From Lingula anatina (lineage: Eukaryota > Animalia > Brachiopoda), in assembly GCA_051362555.1 (NCBI GenBank), contig CM120646.1:12586001-12650000 (forward strand): a DNA stretch of 64,000 bases. The letters run 5' to 3'. Below are positions 28,565 through 42,086 of the stretch, piece by piece. The notes below the pieces were generated by a model. It saw only the letters and a program-made list of their open reading frames with translations. It was not told where the DNA came from and ran no database searches. A program made the position numbers and the translations under genes. How positions within the stretch are numbered: position 1 is the first letter of the stretch; each line of letters begins with the position of its first letter.

Positions 28565-31500
28565 TCAAGCAAATGTTGAAACACTGCCATACGATATGCC
28601 ATCCCCATATGCATTATTGGCAATGATGCCAATGGTATGTGGACTCTCGTCTTCATTTATCTCGCCTTGAGCAGGTGCTTCAATAGAACTTATACTCGTT
28701 TCGAAAGGCCGGGTGTCGTAAGAAAGACCGCTGTAAAGCGGGTTTTTGAACTCATCTGGCATACTTGAATCTGCACTGCATTGTCTTGATAGGTGAGTGT
28801 ACAGTCCATCATCCGAAGACCCATGATGAGATTTTGCCCTGAAAAAATATTAAAGTGCATGTGCATATGCATTCTGATCGTACCGAAATATGGGGTGCTC
28901 GACATACCCTCTACCACGGCGGCAGAAAATATGTGTATTCTTCTCTATCGCCAGAACTAAATGACCGTCTATTTATTTAAAGATATATCTGTGAATATCT
29001 TGTGTAAAATCAATCTGTCGTCCTGGTCGAGGGTATGCCTGACACACGTGGAAGTTTAAAAGCATGAACGAAATCGGACTAGTCTATTTAATTCTGTTTA
29101 TGTTAAATCGTGAATATTATTCTTTTAAGCTATGCAAAGTTGTAATCGACAAAAAGTGTAAAGCATTTCCTTTATAAACGGGTCGTTTTAAAACGCCATA
29201 TACCTTAAAAGCATTAACTTAACAATTATAGTCAAATACACATGCATTCCATGTGTATTTGACTATAATAATAGCTTGTTCCAGAAAGTGCAGAAAGTGT
29301 TCTTTTTTAAGGTAAAAATACTTTTTAAAGAATTAGATTAAAATAATAAGTTAAATAATAGTCTTACTAAAATACAGCACCAGTGGGGTCCGCATAACTC
29401 GAGCACTCTGAGCTGAAAAGCTTTCTTAAATTTACGCTGAGATTCAAGTTAGGGATTGTATCTTAATTTCAGCCTATACCAAAAACAAAATTCAACCCAA
29501 AATATTTGTTCCAGATAAACGATATAAATCTAATTAGGCGGAGACTATACTACCCCTGTACATGTGCATGTGTATTTATGCATTTTTGGTTCCGTCGACC
29601 TTTCAATGTCACCAAGGTCGCACGTGAACCAGCCATGAGAGAAGATGTCGCGAAAGGCGTCAAGTGTCCCTGACCACACAATGTGTGAACTCAAATTAAT
29701 GTTCTTATCTGTTTATACTAAGAGTATATGTATGTATTACGCTGCTTGTACTTAACCTTGGTCCCTCCCCCTTGCCTCGATAAGGGGTAACATTTAATTC
29801 AGTAACTCTTCAATAGCAGATACACGCCGTTTATCTTACAGCTGGTGTCGTTATTGGTGCTTAGCGAAATTTAAAGTTATCAAAACAAATACATGTATGA
29901 CCTCTAAGTGTATTGTACAAAGATTTCTCATACAGCTGGCATATTGTCTTTAAAATAATATTGGTATATAAATCATCATGCCAAAGCCCAAATTGAGTTG
30001 AATAACCCGTTAATTAATGTTGGACATTTATACAAGTTGGAATGAAGTACTATTGTATCACTGTTGGTTGTTACATACTTCTTATAACAGAGTGTTCTTG
30101 ACAGTTATAAAATGTAAAGGGCACATATATCGAAGTTTGTTAGCTACGAGCACAAGTGTATGTGTGTGTGTGTGTGCATGTGTGCGCGTTTGGATGAAAA
30201 TGTTAAGTACATGCAAGTTCTTACCTTTTTCGTCGGCATATCACTGCAGTGGTTATTATAATAATCAGCAGTAACAGGAAGGCACCCCCGCCTCCAGCCA
30301 AGGAAGCTATATTTTCTGTAAGACAACAAACATTTATCAAGTTTTCAGAAAGACGGCACTGGATGCACAAAGTGCCTAAATTTCAAACTCCGTGGTTAGT
30401 AATAAAAGACTAAAGCCGATGCAGTCTGAATCAAGGACGGCCCTAAAAGGTCGTGACACTGCGAACACCCCATTGTTATATCTTAAAAAAGATATTTTAT
30501 GAATAAACTTGGTCGATGCACTTTCAGAGTCTGTGAGAAGGTCTGTGTTCCAAGAAATCTGCAACTGGTTGTATGTCTATTAAATTCACGGTATAAACAG
30601 TATTCATCAAGTCTTACCGGTCATGAATGCTAGGACTGCATTCCCACTACTTTTTGGTTCTGGATTGTCCTCTGATTTTGTGCTTGCTTCAACTTCCAAC
30701 GTGCTACCCGGCGTTCGTTGGTGTTGGCTGTAAATCTCAGTTGTTATCACGGGGTGTGTTTTTGTTGTAGTTGATATTTTGGATTTCGTTGCTGGTTTTG
30801 TTGTTGGGTTCGTTGGACTTTTGGTAGTTTCTGAAGCTATTGTGTTTTCTAGTACAGTGGCTGTTGTAGGCGTAAGTGGAGTGGTTTTGGTTGTAGTGGG
30901 ATTAGGCGCAGTTGTACTTGGAGAAGATGCAGGCACAGCGTGTGTCTGTGTGTTTAGAGTTGTATTCAAAACCAATTCCGTCGTGATTTTAAAGTTATCT
31001 GATGTCTCTTCTGTAACAGTTGGTGGGCGATTATTTTTCGTTGTTCTGGGAATGTTTGTGTGTGTTGTCGGATCATCTACAAATGTTATGTGAGGTGGTG
31101 AAGTTTTGATTACCTTAGGAGTAATCTTTCCTGGATTATCAGTTGATAAACCGACAGTTTTTGTTTCTGGGATATTTTCAGTTGTATGTTTTTCTGAAGT
31201 AGGAATGGCTCTGCTGGTAGTACTTGTAACTGAAACAGTCGTGGGAGTTGAAGATGGAGTATGTTTTGTTGTTGCCGTTGTAATCGGAGTGGCTGTACTT
31301 GTAACGGGTTTAGATGTACTGGAATCGGTTGTAGTTGTTCTTGGAGTGTCTGTGGTTACACTTGGAGTAGCTGTGGTGGGAGTGGATGTCGTTGTAATGG
31401 AAGCAGCTGTAACGAAATCTGTTTTATTTGTAATGAAAGTGGCTGTGGTTATACTGGGAGTAGCTGTGGTGGGACCATTTATGGTTGTAATGGAAGTCGT

Positions 31501-34500
31501 TGCACTGGAATCGGCTGTAGTTGTACTATGGGTGAGTGTAGTTATACTGGAAATAGCGGTGGTGGGAGTTGTTGCACTTGTGATGGGAGCAGTTGTACTG
31601 GAATCGGTTGTAGTTGTACTTCGGGTGGCTGTAGTGGCAGTAGCTGTGGTAACACTGGAAGTAGTTGGTGGTATAGTGGACGTAGTTGTTGTGATGGTGG
31701 TAGAAGTAGTTTCTGGCGGAAGTGTTATGTTTTTAGCATCCTCGTTTGGACATCCTCCTTCTACCACCATGATATCGTCTATGGCCAGGTCACCAAAGAA
31801 ATTTGTACCACGTTGAGCTTCGAACACTAGCTTGTAATTTTCGTTAGTTCCAACCGGAAGTGGTACTCGGATTTCGTACCATGTATTGCCAAAGTCACCT
31901 GGAAAAAAATTAAGAGCTTAATTATAGAAGTTTAAGCTACAACAGTAGTAGTAGATATACACACTTAAGAAATACCCTGTATAAACCAAACGGAAAGTTT
32001 ACTGTTTCTTTCAAAGATTCTTATTATATCTGTAAAGTCAATGACAAGATCAGCATAAAAGCAACGCGCAGCGTTGTTTCATATATCTCACCAGATTTCT
32101 GGAAAACGACTGGTCCGGGCACTTGTCTAATAAGATACACCCGTAAGACGCTGTTGACATATCTTCCTCGCGAGTGAAAGAAGAAGACGAGGCAGGGAGA
32201 ACTCACATTGTTTGATATCACGGGAGAAATAAGCGAAGCATTTGAAAGAGGAAGTTTGTAGGAGGCTTCCAAGTACATGTAATGACCTGTAAAAAATAAA
32301 AACCGAATGATAATATTCTTCGCCCGTACATTATATATAATCGGGACCAATCAAAAGACAATACACATCAAAATAAATGATTTTTTTTATTCATAACACT
32401 ATTAAATAAACTATTACTGTTATTTCTGTCGTTGTTTTTGTCGTTGTTGTTGTTGCTTCTGCTGCTGCTGTTGTGATGTTGGTGGCGGAAGTTGTTTTAG
32501 AGTGTCAATGTACTTTTATCACAAAAGTTTGGATAATAACGAGTACCAGTGAAGTCAGCGAAGGTGTGGTCTCCTGTGGGTCCAGTTCCTGAGTTCGGGG
32601 TGTATCCCTGGTGATAAGTCCAGTTAAAATCCCGAAGACCAAACTCAAACCCACAAATGCCGTCTTCGAATGTACATAAGAATTCTGAAATTTGGTGGAT
32701 ATTATGATTTTTACTATAATTACATAAATATATCTTGATCAGAAATATCTAGTAGCAAATTTCCCAGATAGGTTAACGGTATACATATAGGTAGATGGTT
32801 TATGATTAAAAGTAATCGTTGATTAGACGGCTCACTAGTATTTACTTTTAAATATACTAACATGTTAAGTCTCAGTTTCACCTACCGGAGGTTTCGACCG
32901 AGATCACAAGCCACAGCAATGTGATTGAAACGATGTCTATGCATAGTATTGAATAGTTATTAAACTGATTTATTCTAAAGGTAAACTCACCTGTACCGCA
33001 GTAACCGGGTGTAAGAGTAATGTCATCTACAGCAATATCTCCGAAAGGACCATTTCCCCGGACTCCCTCTATAACAAATCTTGTTGTCTTTGCCGGGACT
33101 GTCTGCGACACCACGTGCCATTGGTTGCCTTGGTTACCTTGAAGAATATTTATTTATCTATTTTCTATTAAAGGGATAATAACTCTTCGTATGAGATCTA
33201 TCTTTCACAATAAAAACATTGTGAACAACTCATAGAAATATAATATATTCTGTCGTACAAGAAAAACGGCAGTTATAGCTATTATTCTGATATCTGAACT
33301 TGTCTTTAGACCACGTGACCTCCACTGATGGCTATACTCTGTTATAATCTCTTAAGAGATTAAAACAAAAAAAAAACGAACTTTTTAGAAAAAACCAGGG
33401 ACTAACTTTGAATGTAAATATGGATTCATTAACCATTGGTAAGTACGGGAAAATATTATCCCTTTAATTTTCATTTATTGATTTATCTATTGCTCTATTT
33501 TATTTGAATTTATGTGTAAGGTTTTCATGTGTAGAAGTTTTGTTTTGAGTTGGGTACATATATTTATGATTTTAGATTAAATATCCAGGCCCTTGACATG
33601 TATGAAAATGCTGAAAATTGCACATTACGTGTGGTCAATAGAATGGCTGGGAGTATGTGTCACACCATTGCTGAAACAATCTTCACTATTATCGAAATAA
33701 CTTTCCCCTATAAAAATGCCAAACCTCACCTTTCAATGTCCAAATGATGTTCGATCCTGTTACATTAACTTCATTCTGACTGCTGATTTGCAGCCTGCCT
33801 ACGGTTCTGCCGTACATGTGGTATGCAAAACGAAGACACCTCGGAATATTGAGCGATATAAAAGAAGGTGAGACCAGCGATGCTTTGTACTCTGACCCTT
33901 CTCCAGACGCCTCTATGAATATGTAGTATCCTGAAACGCATAAAATAAAATATTAACAAAACCTTATATTTCAGATCATTTTTCTGGGTGGTTGTTGGTG
34001 TGTGCGGAGTTCAGTACAGGCATGTGCCACGGTATACTACATGTAACGTGCCTTATTAAGCATGTACGGTGCATCGGGTCCGAGTATGATGCGTTTAGTA
34101 TTTTAAGGGATACATGTATCTCTTGAAAAAGAAATCTGCATATAAATAATTGCTGATGGATGTGCGTGCCAATATAATGTTTTAATATCTATAAATCCTT
34201 GCACTGATACAGTTGTGCGGGTTTATTTGGAAGACGTACGTCCCTATAGTTACGTTGGTCATTTTAAGATTACCAATACAATATTGAACAGTAAATTTAA
34301 ACACCGAATGCCTATATGAATATACCATTTTTGTATTTTCCCATTTCACCAAAAAATTTAACTAAGGGTATAAAAGATAATACTAAACACTTTCAGATTA
34401 TAAAGGTACAAAACAAATATATATTGCCAAAGTTCGCCTACCTGCACCAGTGGTATGGTCGTGTTGAGGCCCTGTATTTGCCGACGGAGTACTTCCATTA

Positions 34501-34922
34501 TTTCTAGTCCAGTTGAAATTATCGTCGGTGCTCTGCCGTAAACCGCAGAAAGGATCCATGTCGTCGTCAAAATCACAATGAAACTCGGGAGACACACTGT
34601 TAGCGCTAGCATGTAGTGTGCCTAACAGGGTAACTGGGAAATAAGATTTTTCAAATTATAATGGAATTCCACAGGCTACCCTCGGTTTATTTTTTATTAA
34701 TTTATTCATTTTAACAAAATGAAGGACCAAAACAGGAGGATACCATATCTTTTACTTATTAGAAAATACCAGTATGGAATATACAGCTGTAAAACTGTGC
34801 TGGAGTAGAAATTAAACAAAATAACATGCATTGCACAATCAAAATCACAACCCCGAGGGTTAGATTGAAAACTATTTGGCAAATGAAAATATCTTACCAA
34901 AAACAATCCAAAACATCTTCAT
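28565..34922 (-). CDS. R3: two-MAM mucin-stalk TM protein (~847 aa), 9 exons: 34922-34898, 34633-34442, 33930-33730, 33137-32991, 32684-32547, 32286-32092, 31898-30618, 30315-30225, 28838-28565
   Basis: Signal MKMFWIVFVTLLGTLHASA, two 3-exon MAM domains, ~380-aa Thr-rich stalk, TM NIASLAGGGGAFLLLLIIIITTAVICRRK, tail with YTHL, FKNPLYSGL and ISYGSV. In frame throughout. Confidence 0.87.
29225..29269. repeat. Perfect 20-bp inverted repeat with 5-nt spacer
   Basis: attatagtcaaatacacatg-cattc-catgtgtatttgactataat. Confidence 0.9.
31270..31620 (-). repeat. Degenerate ~31-aa coding repeat (about 4 copies) in the R3 stalk
   Basis: TTTTDSSTTAPITSATTPTTA / TTTADSSATTSITTINGPTTA / TNKTDFVTAASITTTSTPTTA / TTTTDSSTSKPVTSTATPITTA. 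Confidence 0.7.
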
Positions 34923-35629
34923 ATACTGGTAGAGTCCGTTTTCGATGTCAGTATGCTGTGTCTTTTGCCAACGTCAATAAACTTTCCTTATGATGTCATG
35001 TTAATGAAATTATAATAAGTGATGATAAGAAGCAACTCTCCGAAACATAATAACATTTAAATGTCCCTCAATCAAGGCATGGGGTTAACGGTGAAGTGCT
35101 TGTTATGATATAGGCCTATGTATCCATTGTATAAATATACCTGGTTTCTCAACACAATGCAACGTATTATTGTAATGATGGGAGCTATTTTGATTAAAAG
35201 CTTATTTAGAAGAAATAATGAAAACAGATTATATGTGAAATATGAAGTAAGTTTATGTTAATTGGGCAACTTTTGATATTTTTTTTCAAATCAGTTAATT
35301 GTCAAACATGGGGCTTATTTTCAGACATATCCACAGGTATTACTGCAATATGACCCTGCTGATACACATATCTACAGTTCTAAAATGCAAATACCTTTCA
35401 GGTACCGTCTGATAAGATATTTATAATTGTATGTTTACAGTGGTGAAAATATCACAAAACGTGTGTACAGAAGATGTCCCACTCAACTTGAATGTACAGG
35501 TTGCGGATGTGACGTCATGCCGACTGTGAGAATTTTGCTATTTTCTCCACAACTCGCCACTGACAGGCTAACTGCATCGTTTCAAAACAATGTTGGTATA
35601 ACAGCAATAAGGGTAATGTAAAGTAATTT

Positions 35630-36360
35630 TAAAACACTTACCAAGAAGACCTACAGCCGCCATCAAACAACCAAGAATTCTTCGATCCGCCCTGACAGTC
35701 ATCGCTGTGTTTGTTTTGTACTGGGGATGTTAATTGTAACGAGAATTCAGGAAATAAAAACACCAGCAAGTTAGAAGAATGCTACTAGGGCGTTTCATTT
35801 ACAGTGCACCTCCCCTCTGCAAGATGACGCGTGATTTTGATCGTAGCTAGGGGCGGTTTGTTAATTGCTGTGACTAAAATAACCTCATTGCAGTCATATT
35901 AAATGTTGTTAAAGCAAAAGCTCGCTTTTACATTCACAGTCTCGTGTATAGAACAAATCACAAAAAATAGTTTTTTAGTTTTGGTTACCATGAGAGAGTG
36001 ACCGTCCCGTTCTACCTTTACAAATAAGCACATTAATCCAAACTAGGGTTCAAGATTACAATGCCACATATACAATCAGATAGATTTAACAGGATTAATT
36101 ACGCTTACGTGATTCCAGTATTTGAAGACACAGAAATTCTGTCTGTTCTTTTAATAGATATGGTATGAAATAATTATCGCTCCCTTCTCCAAACGCGATC
36201 CCAACTAAGTTTCAGTCAAAGAGGTTTCTATATTTACTATATCTTACTATTTACACATATGTCAAGATGACGAGAGATATATATGTGTTAAGGCGTTCGT
36301 ATGTTACTCTTATCAGGGATATGGCGTGCACATGGTTACAGTGTTTGCCTAGCAAACGAA
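35630..36360 (-). pseudogene. Orphan duplicate of the R5 promoter and signal-peptide exon (ATG 35702 to donor after 35642), upstream of R3
   Basis: Encodes MTVRADRRILGCLMAAVGLLG followed by gtaagt, versus R5 MTGRTVRRLLSCLMATAGLLG. Upstream non-coding sequence aligns by eye with 50770-51510. Confidence 0.75.
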
Positions 36361-36516
36361 CAACTAAGGTTGGAAAAATCAAAGGGACCATTCAGAATGA
36401 AAAGAGCTGAGTGATAGTAAGTCCGCAACCTCAATATGGCGGACCTACATGAAAGGAATACCGCTTAACCCTGTAATGGTCTTTCCGCCTCTCACACGCC
36501 TCCCCACGCTGAAAAC

Positions 36517-36685
36517 TATATGAATATACCGTTTTTGCATTTTCCCATTTCACCAAAAATTAAACTAAGGGTGTGTAAGATAATACTAAACACTTTTAAA
36601 TCTAGGCATGAGGTTAATGCTGAAGTGCTTGTTATGATATATGTGTCCATTGTACTGAATATACCTGGTTTCTCAACACAATGCA
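36517..36685. repeat. Deleted relic of an R3 5' duplicate
   Basis: 36517-36597 matches 34314-34394 (R3 intron 2) and is joined directly to a match of 35071-35161 (R3 upstream). The intervening exons 1-2 are absent. Confidence 0.7.
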
Positions 36686-38277
36686 GCCTACTAGTGTAAG
36701 AACTACAGAGGCCTCTATCGACAACAGGGAAACAACATCAGACTTGTATAGAAAATATAATATTTTATCATGATCAACCTTTGTGTAAATGCAGTATTAC
36801 TTGATAAACTGGATTCTATTGATTAAACTGAGTACAAAGACGCTAGACAGTGTTTCTTATCTATACGTTTAAACGTATTAAAATTAAAATTGGACAAAGT
36901 ATGAATTAAATGCGTCTTATCAATATATTCATTCTGCAAAACAATCGGTTACCAATACCAATGCAAAATTAAATAACATTGACACCGCGTCCATAGTGAA
37001 GCCGTGTCTTTTCAAGAAGGAGTGCTCTTAGTGACGACAAGAAATCACGGCAGCCGGTGTCATTGAATTGTTTTGAGAAGCCACATTAAATTGTGCCGTT
37101 TCAAAGAAGACATTTTTATAGAAAGCCACATTACCATCGGAATTATACCCCCTAGGTCCCATACGGATCCTCTAGCATACGGATCCACTTACCGATAACA
37201 GATATTTTAAGGCAAGGTTATCAAAGCCTAAGCGTTTTTCAATCTCCAAAATTTACTACTACTTTTTCACGCTCGTTCGGTCTGGCAAAGGGTAAATCTA
37301 TCACTAATTAGCCATAGACCATAGCCCAGAAAACATCAAGATAAAATTGTTTTACTGTTCTTAGATTTTGCCCCAAAATATTCTGATTACAAATTCATAT
37401 GCTGATAACCTAACACCCGATAACACAGGAAGGGTAATTTGGCAAAAACAGCATTTTATTTAGATCGTCCCGTCATCAGTTATTGTGATATATAAAAAAT
37501 AATAACAACAGTAATCATATAACAGGCGTATTTTTTTAATGGTAACATTTTAAAATCTGATCCATTCGCCCGAGATTCCTCTTTATTCCTACCCCATCCC
37601 ATCCAGCATGCCAACTGCAGCATATTCCTGTTAGTACAATGAGTAAAAAAACGATCATTTTATTCCATTAAACAAGAAGACAAGAAATACAAAATATGTC
37701 AACATTATGCACGTAAAAGAGATATAAAAGCAGTTTAAATGCCTGGGCATACATCTCTGTTATCATCTGCACTCTACTGTATGAAGTTTAAATAACCGCA
37801 CAGTAGACAAACAATATGACATATTTTGCCAAATCTATGTTAGACAAAACGTTCAGATAGATCTAATTCTCAAATTACGGAAGCAAATGCCAGCAAAGAT
37901 GTGCTTCTGTTATTCTATTTAAATATACAATATCAGCAGCAGCCTAATTAAAGATATTATGCGTTTAAGCAAAAAAGCGGTAAAAATGCTGTTGTCTACG
38001 GGCACTGGAAACTTCCATAGCTTTATAAGTCCAGTCAAAATTTGCAGACAAGAATCATCCGTTACTTAAGCCCGGGATAACAATCTACACTTAAATTGCG
38101 TTGATAAGCCAGGACATTTGCTCAAAACGCCATGAAAAATATTTCATTCGTGGCCCTTACAACTCTGTGTGTAAACGTCGACACTCGCGTTAAGCAGCAC
38201 TACGTTCCTGCCAACTACTAAAGGCCCAACTGTGCAATTACATGTAGATCCACCTGCGACACCTGCATGTGCAACAG

Positions 38278-41200
38278 TTAATTGTAAACCGGATTAGACC
38301 ATCGCATTTGTGCTACTGGACTGTTAAATGGCTGCTGCAGTATTCCTCGGAGTTGCTCAGTGTCAGAGTAAACCTCATTGTTGTATATCGTAGAAACCGA
38401 AGCAGTGCTCGATCTCTGGCTCTCAATACTGTTGCAGCGTTTAATAAGGATGTTCTCTTTGTCCGAAGCTCGGCGAGTTTGCTGTCTCTTTTGACGTATC
38501 CTGGAACAGGTAAATCCAGATAATTTACTTTGCATGTCTATTTACAATATCATTACGAGTAAATGAAAATAAAACTCTTTGATTAAATCTGGTATTGCAT
38601 ATGCATTAACTTTACGAGTTTTCAATCTAAAAGCAGTGTAGATAAAAAAAACCCACAGTTATTGGTCAGATAAATAACTTTCATTTTACAAACACCACAT
38701 AAAAGAAGCAATGAAATACAATGTCAGTCCTGTTCTCCCTCTAAGTTTTCATCAATAGTAAATTCTACATTAAGAGTCTCGACTGCGTTAAGCTGTTGGT
38801 CTTTTATTCACCTACCTTCTCCTGCAAACGCACCCTAATACCACCAGGATGATGAGGAAGAGCGCTGTGCCGGCTCCGATTATAATAGTATACGCCATAT
38901 TCTCTGAAATGATATATAGAAATTTAGGTTGACATTTTCGACGAAGACCAGTGTTAAGATAAGCTTGAAATCCTATACATATATATCATTTGTATATAAA
39001 TCAGCCAAATGTATATAAATCAGCCAAAAATCAGCCAAAAAGCACACAATGCGTGTGCACGTTTCTAAGTCCACCACATCACAGTGTCTAAATGACCAAA
39101 TATTTTACCTTTTAAAAACTCTAACACGGTCCCTCCAAAAGACTTCTCGGCATTGTGCGTAGTTGACTGTTGGTGGGTTTTGGTCACACAAGGAGGCGTT
39201 GTCCCTCCAGACTGAGTATGAGACACAAATGTTACGGTTGGTTTAATTTTCTTGATTGCGTTAGAGAAGCTTGGATGCATTGCGAAGTGCGTGGTCCAGC
39301 GTGGTTCTGACGTCGTTGTCAATTGCTTGTTTTTAACAAAAGAGCCTGTTGTCTCAGCACTACTTTTTGTTGTGGCTACCTCCAAAGACATCGCTGTTTT
39401 TAACCACGTCTTTGGTGATGTATCCATATTATCTTCATCTACAGCAGCTGTTGACGGTGCTGTCACGCGTCCATCCCCACTTGTTGAAATCATTCGTGAT
39501 AACGTGCTTGTTTCCTGCAATGCACTGGTTGTCTCATTGATTAAATCATCGTTTGTTACATATGACTTAACAGAAAACGTATGTCTTGTCGTTGTCAACG
39601 GTAATGTGACTACCTTTACACTTGATATTGAAGAAAACGTGATTTTATGCGCAGCAGTCGCTTTAAACCTGTCGTTTATGTCTTCTTCAGAATTAGACGT
39701 CAATGATTTGGTGTCTGTGTCTGATATTGATGAGAAGGTCGCAGTTTCAACGTCTAAGGTGCCCAGTGCTGGCTCCGAAGTTGTCTCAATTGTTGCAGTT
39801 GGTGACACTGAAGCATAGCGAGCGCCTGTAGTTGACGGGAATGATTTTTCATCTCCGTTCGTTGTTTCAGCTAATGTGGTGATTATTGAGTTCGTTGATG
39901 TTGGTACCGATTGTGCTGCAGGATCCTCTGTTGATACGGTGTCAGTTTCCTTCATATTGAAAAGTGTGGGTCCTACGGTTGTAGCAGCAGCACCAGATGT
40001 CATTGGTGAGGCACTGCTTAAGGCTGTTGAGGGGTCTGGTGCAGTTGATCTTGAATCAATTGCCTGCGTAGTTTCAGTTGTAAGCAACGGAGTAGATGTC
40101 TGTGCTCTGGTTGGGGCTGTGAAGGTTAAAGTGGGTGTTGCTGACGTAGTTGTCGTTGAATCGTCTACTGCTGTTGAAGTAGGTGTTGTTGAGTCGTCTA
40201 CTGCTGTTGAAGTAGGTGTTGTTGAATCGTCTATTGCTGTTGAAGTAGGTGTTGGTGAATCGTCTACTGCTGCTGAAGTAGGTGTTGTTGAATCGTCTAC
40301 TGCTGTTGAAGTAAGTGTTGTTGAATCGTCTACTGCTGTTGGAGTAGATGTTGTTGAATCGTCTTCTGATGTTGAAGTTGGTGCTGTTGAATCGTCTACT
40401 GCTGTTGAAGTAGGTGTCATTGATCCGTATACTGCTGTTGAAGTAGGTGTTGTTGAATCGTCTACCCCTGTTGAAGTCAGTGTTGTTGAATCATCTACTG
40501 CTGTTGAAGTAGGTGTTTCCGAATCGTCTACTGCTGCTGAAGTAGGTGTTGTTGAAGTGGCTGCTGCTGAAGTAGGTGTTGTTGAAGCGGGTGCTGTTGA
40601 AGTAGGTGTTGTTGAAGTTGTTGCTGCTGCAGTAGTTGTTGAAGCGGGTGCGCTTGACAAAAGTGTTGTTGAAGCGACTGTTGTTAACTTAGCTGTTGCT
40701 GAAGCGGCTGTTGTCGACGTAGTTATTGTTGAAGATGCAGTTGATGACGTAGGCGCTGTTGAAGTAACTGTTTTAGACAAAGTTGTTGTTAAAGCGGCCT
40801 TTGTTATAGTAGTTGGCGTTGACGCAGCAGTTGTTAAGGTAGTTGTCTTTGAAGGGGTCGTTTTCGTCTTAGGTGTTGCTGAGGTGGCTGCAGTTGACGG
40901 TGTTGTTGAAGCGAATGCTTTTGATGTAGTTGTTGTTGAGGAGGTTTTAGTCAACATAGTTGTTGCAGGAGGCATAGTGATGTTTACCAGGGGGCGCTGA
41001 TTGTCTGCGCAGACACCGTTAACAACCATGACGTCATCAAGAGCGATATCGCCAAAGGAACTTGTACCCCGCATTGCTTGGAAAAAAATTGATGTTGATT
41101 TTTCTGGGATATCTACCCTTGCCTCGTGCCAGACATTTCCGTGATTCCCTACAGACGGAAATCACATGATTACTTTCATGGAACGATATACCGTATATAT

Positions 41201-41369
41201 GTTTTTTGGTTTACTCCAGCGCGATGATGATAAAAATAGCTCACGGTTATGTGACATTTGATGAAGGTTTGAATCACAATACCTTTTAGGCTTTGAGTCT
41301 TTTCCAAACGGGTTACTATTTATTATTTTATGTAATTGCTTCGAATTTAGTGTTATATCCTGTCCAAAG

Positions 41370-41442
<73 letters not shown>

Positions 41443-42055
41443 ATTTTGGAAATGTGAATTGGTAATGAAAATCAATTTCGCTTAGAGTATACCCCCTGAA
41501 GCTAAAAGCCAGAAAACTTCGTCACAGAAAAGCTGGAATGTAGCCACAGTTAATATCACCGTACAAGTTGAACATTTTGAACATTTTAAACGACCCATTT
41601 TGTGACCTACATGTTTTGGAGGTAGGGGGGATTTATGCTGATCAAGTTGATTATTGCCAATGTATATGTATGAATTGTACTTGGACTAAGAAAATGACAG
41701 ATCTTGACCAACTAGAAGTATGTTAAGTGTAATGTGCGGGGCAATGCAAAATGTCCCCCATTTATTTTATTTTATTTTTATTTTTTGTAACATACCTGAT
41801 TGTTTCCACAGCAGGGTTTCGTCAGACGAACTGTCATCTTTCAAAACAAACAGGCGTAGAGAGCCTACTGAATAACCCCACATATGATAGAAGAATACAG
41901 CACATTTCAACGGCATTGGTGGATTCAACTCCAATTTGAGGGTCGCCGTTGTATCTGGCATTTTACCACTAGCCTCGAGGTACATATACCGACCTAAACC
42001 AATGAAAGCACATACAATCAGATAGATGCTTAACATTGAACAGTGGTAACATTTT

Positions 42056-42086
<31 letters not shown>

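Noticed and set aside
28720-28805. ITAM in the R3 tail (YTHL ... YSGL)
   Set aside because: The spacing between the two YxxL motifs is about 19 residues, far beyond the 6-12 of an ITAM.
39876-41000. Long Val-rich plus-strand ORFs (also 30779-31830, 53166-54731, 13176-13874)
   Set aside because: Antisense shadows of Thr-rich stalk codons (ACN reads as NGT/GTN); the minus strand carries the MAM motifs and splice sites.
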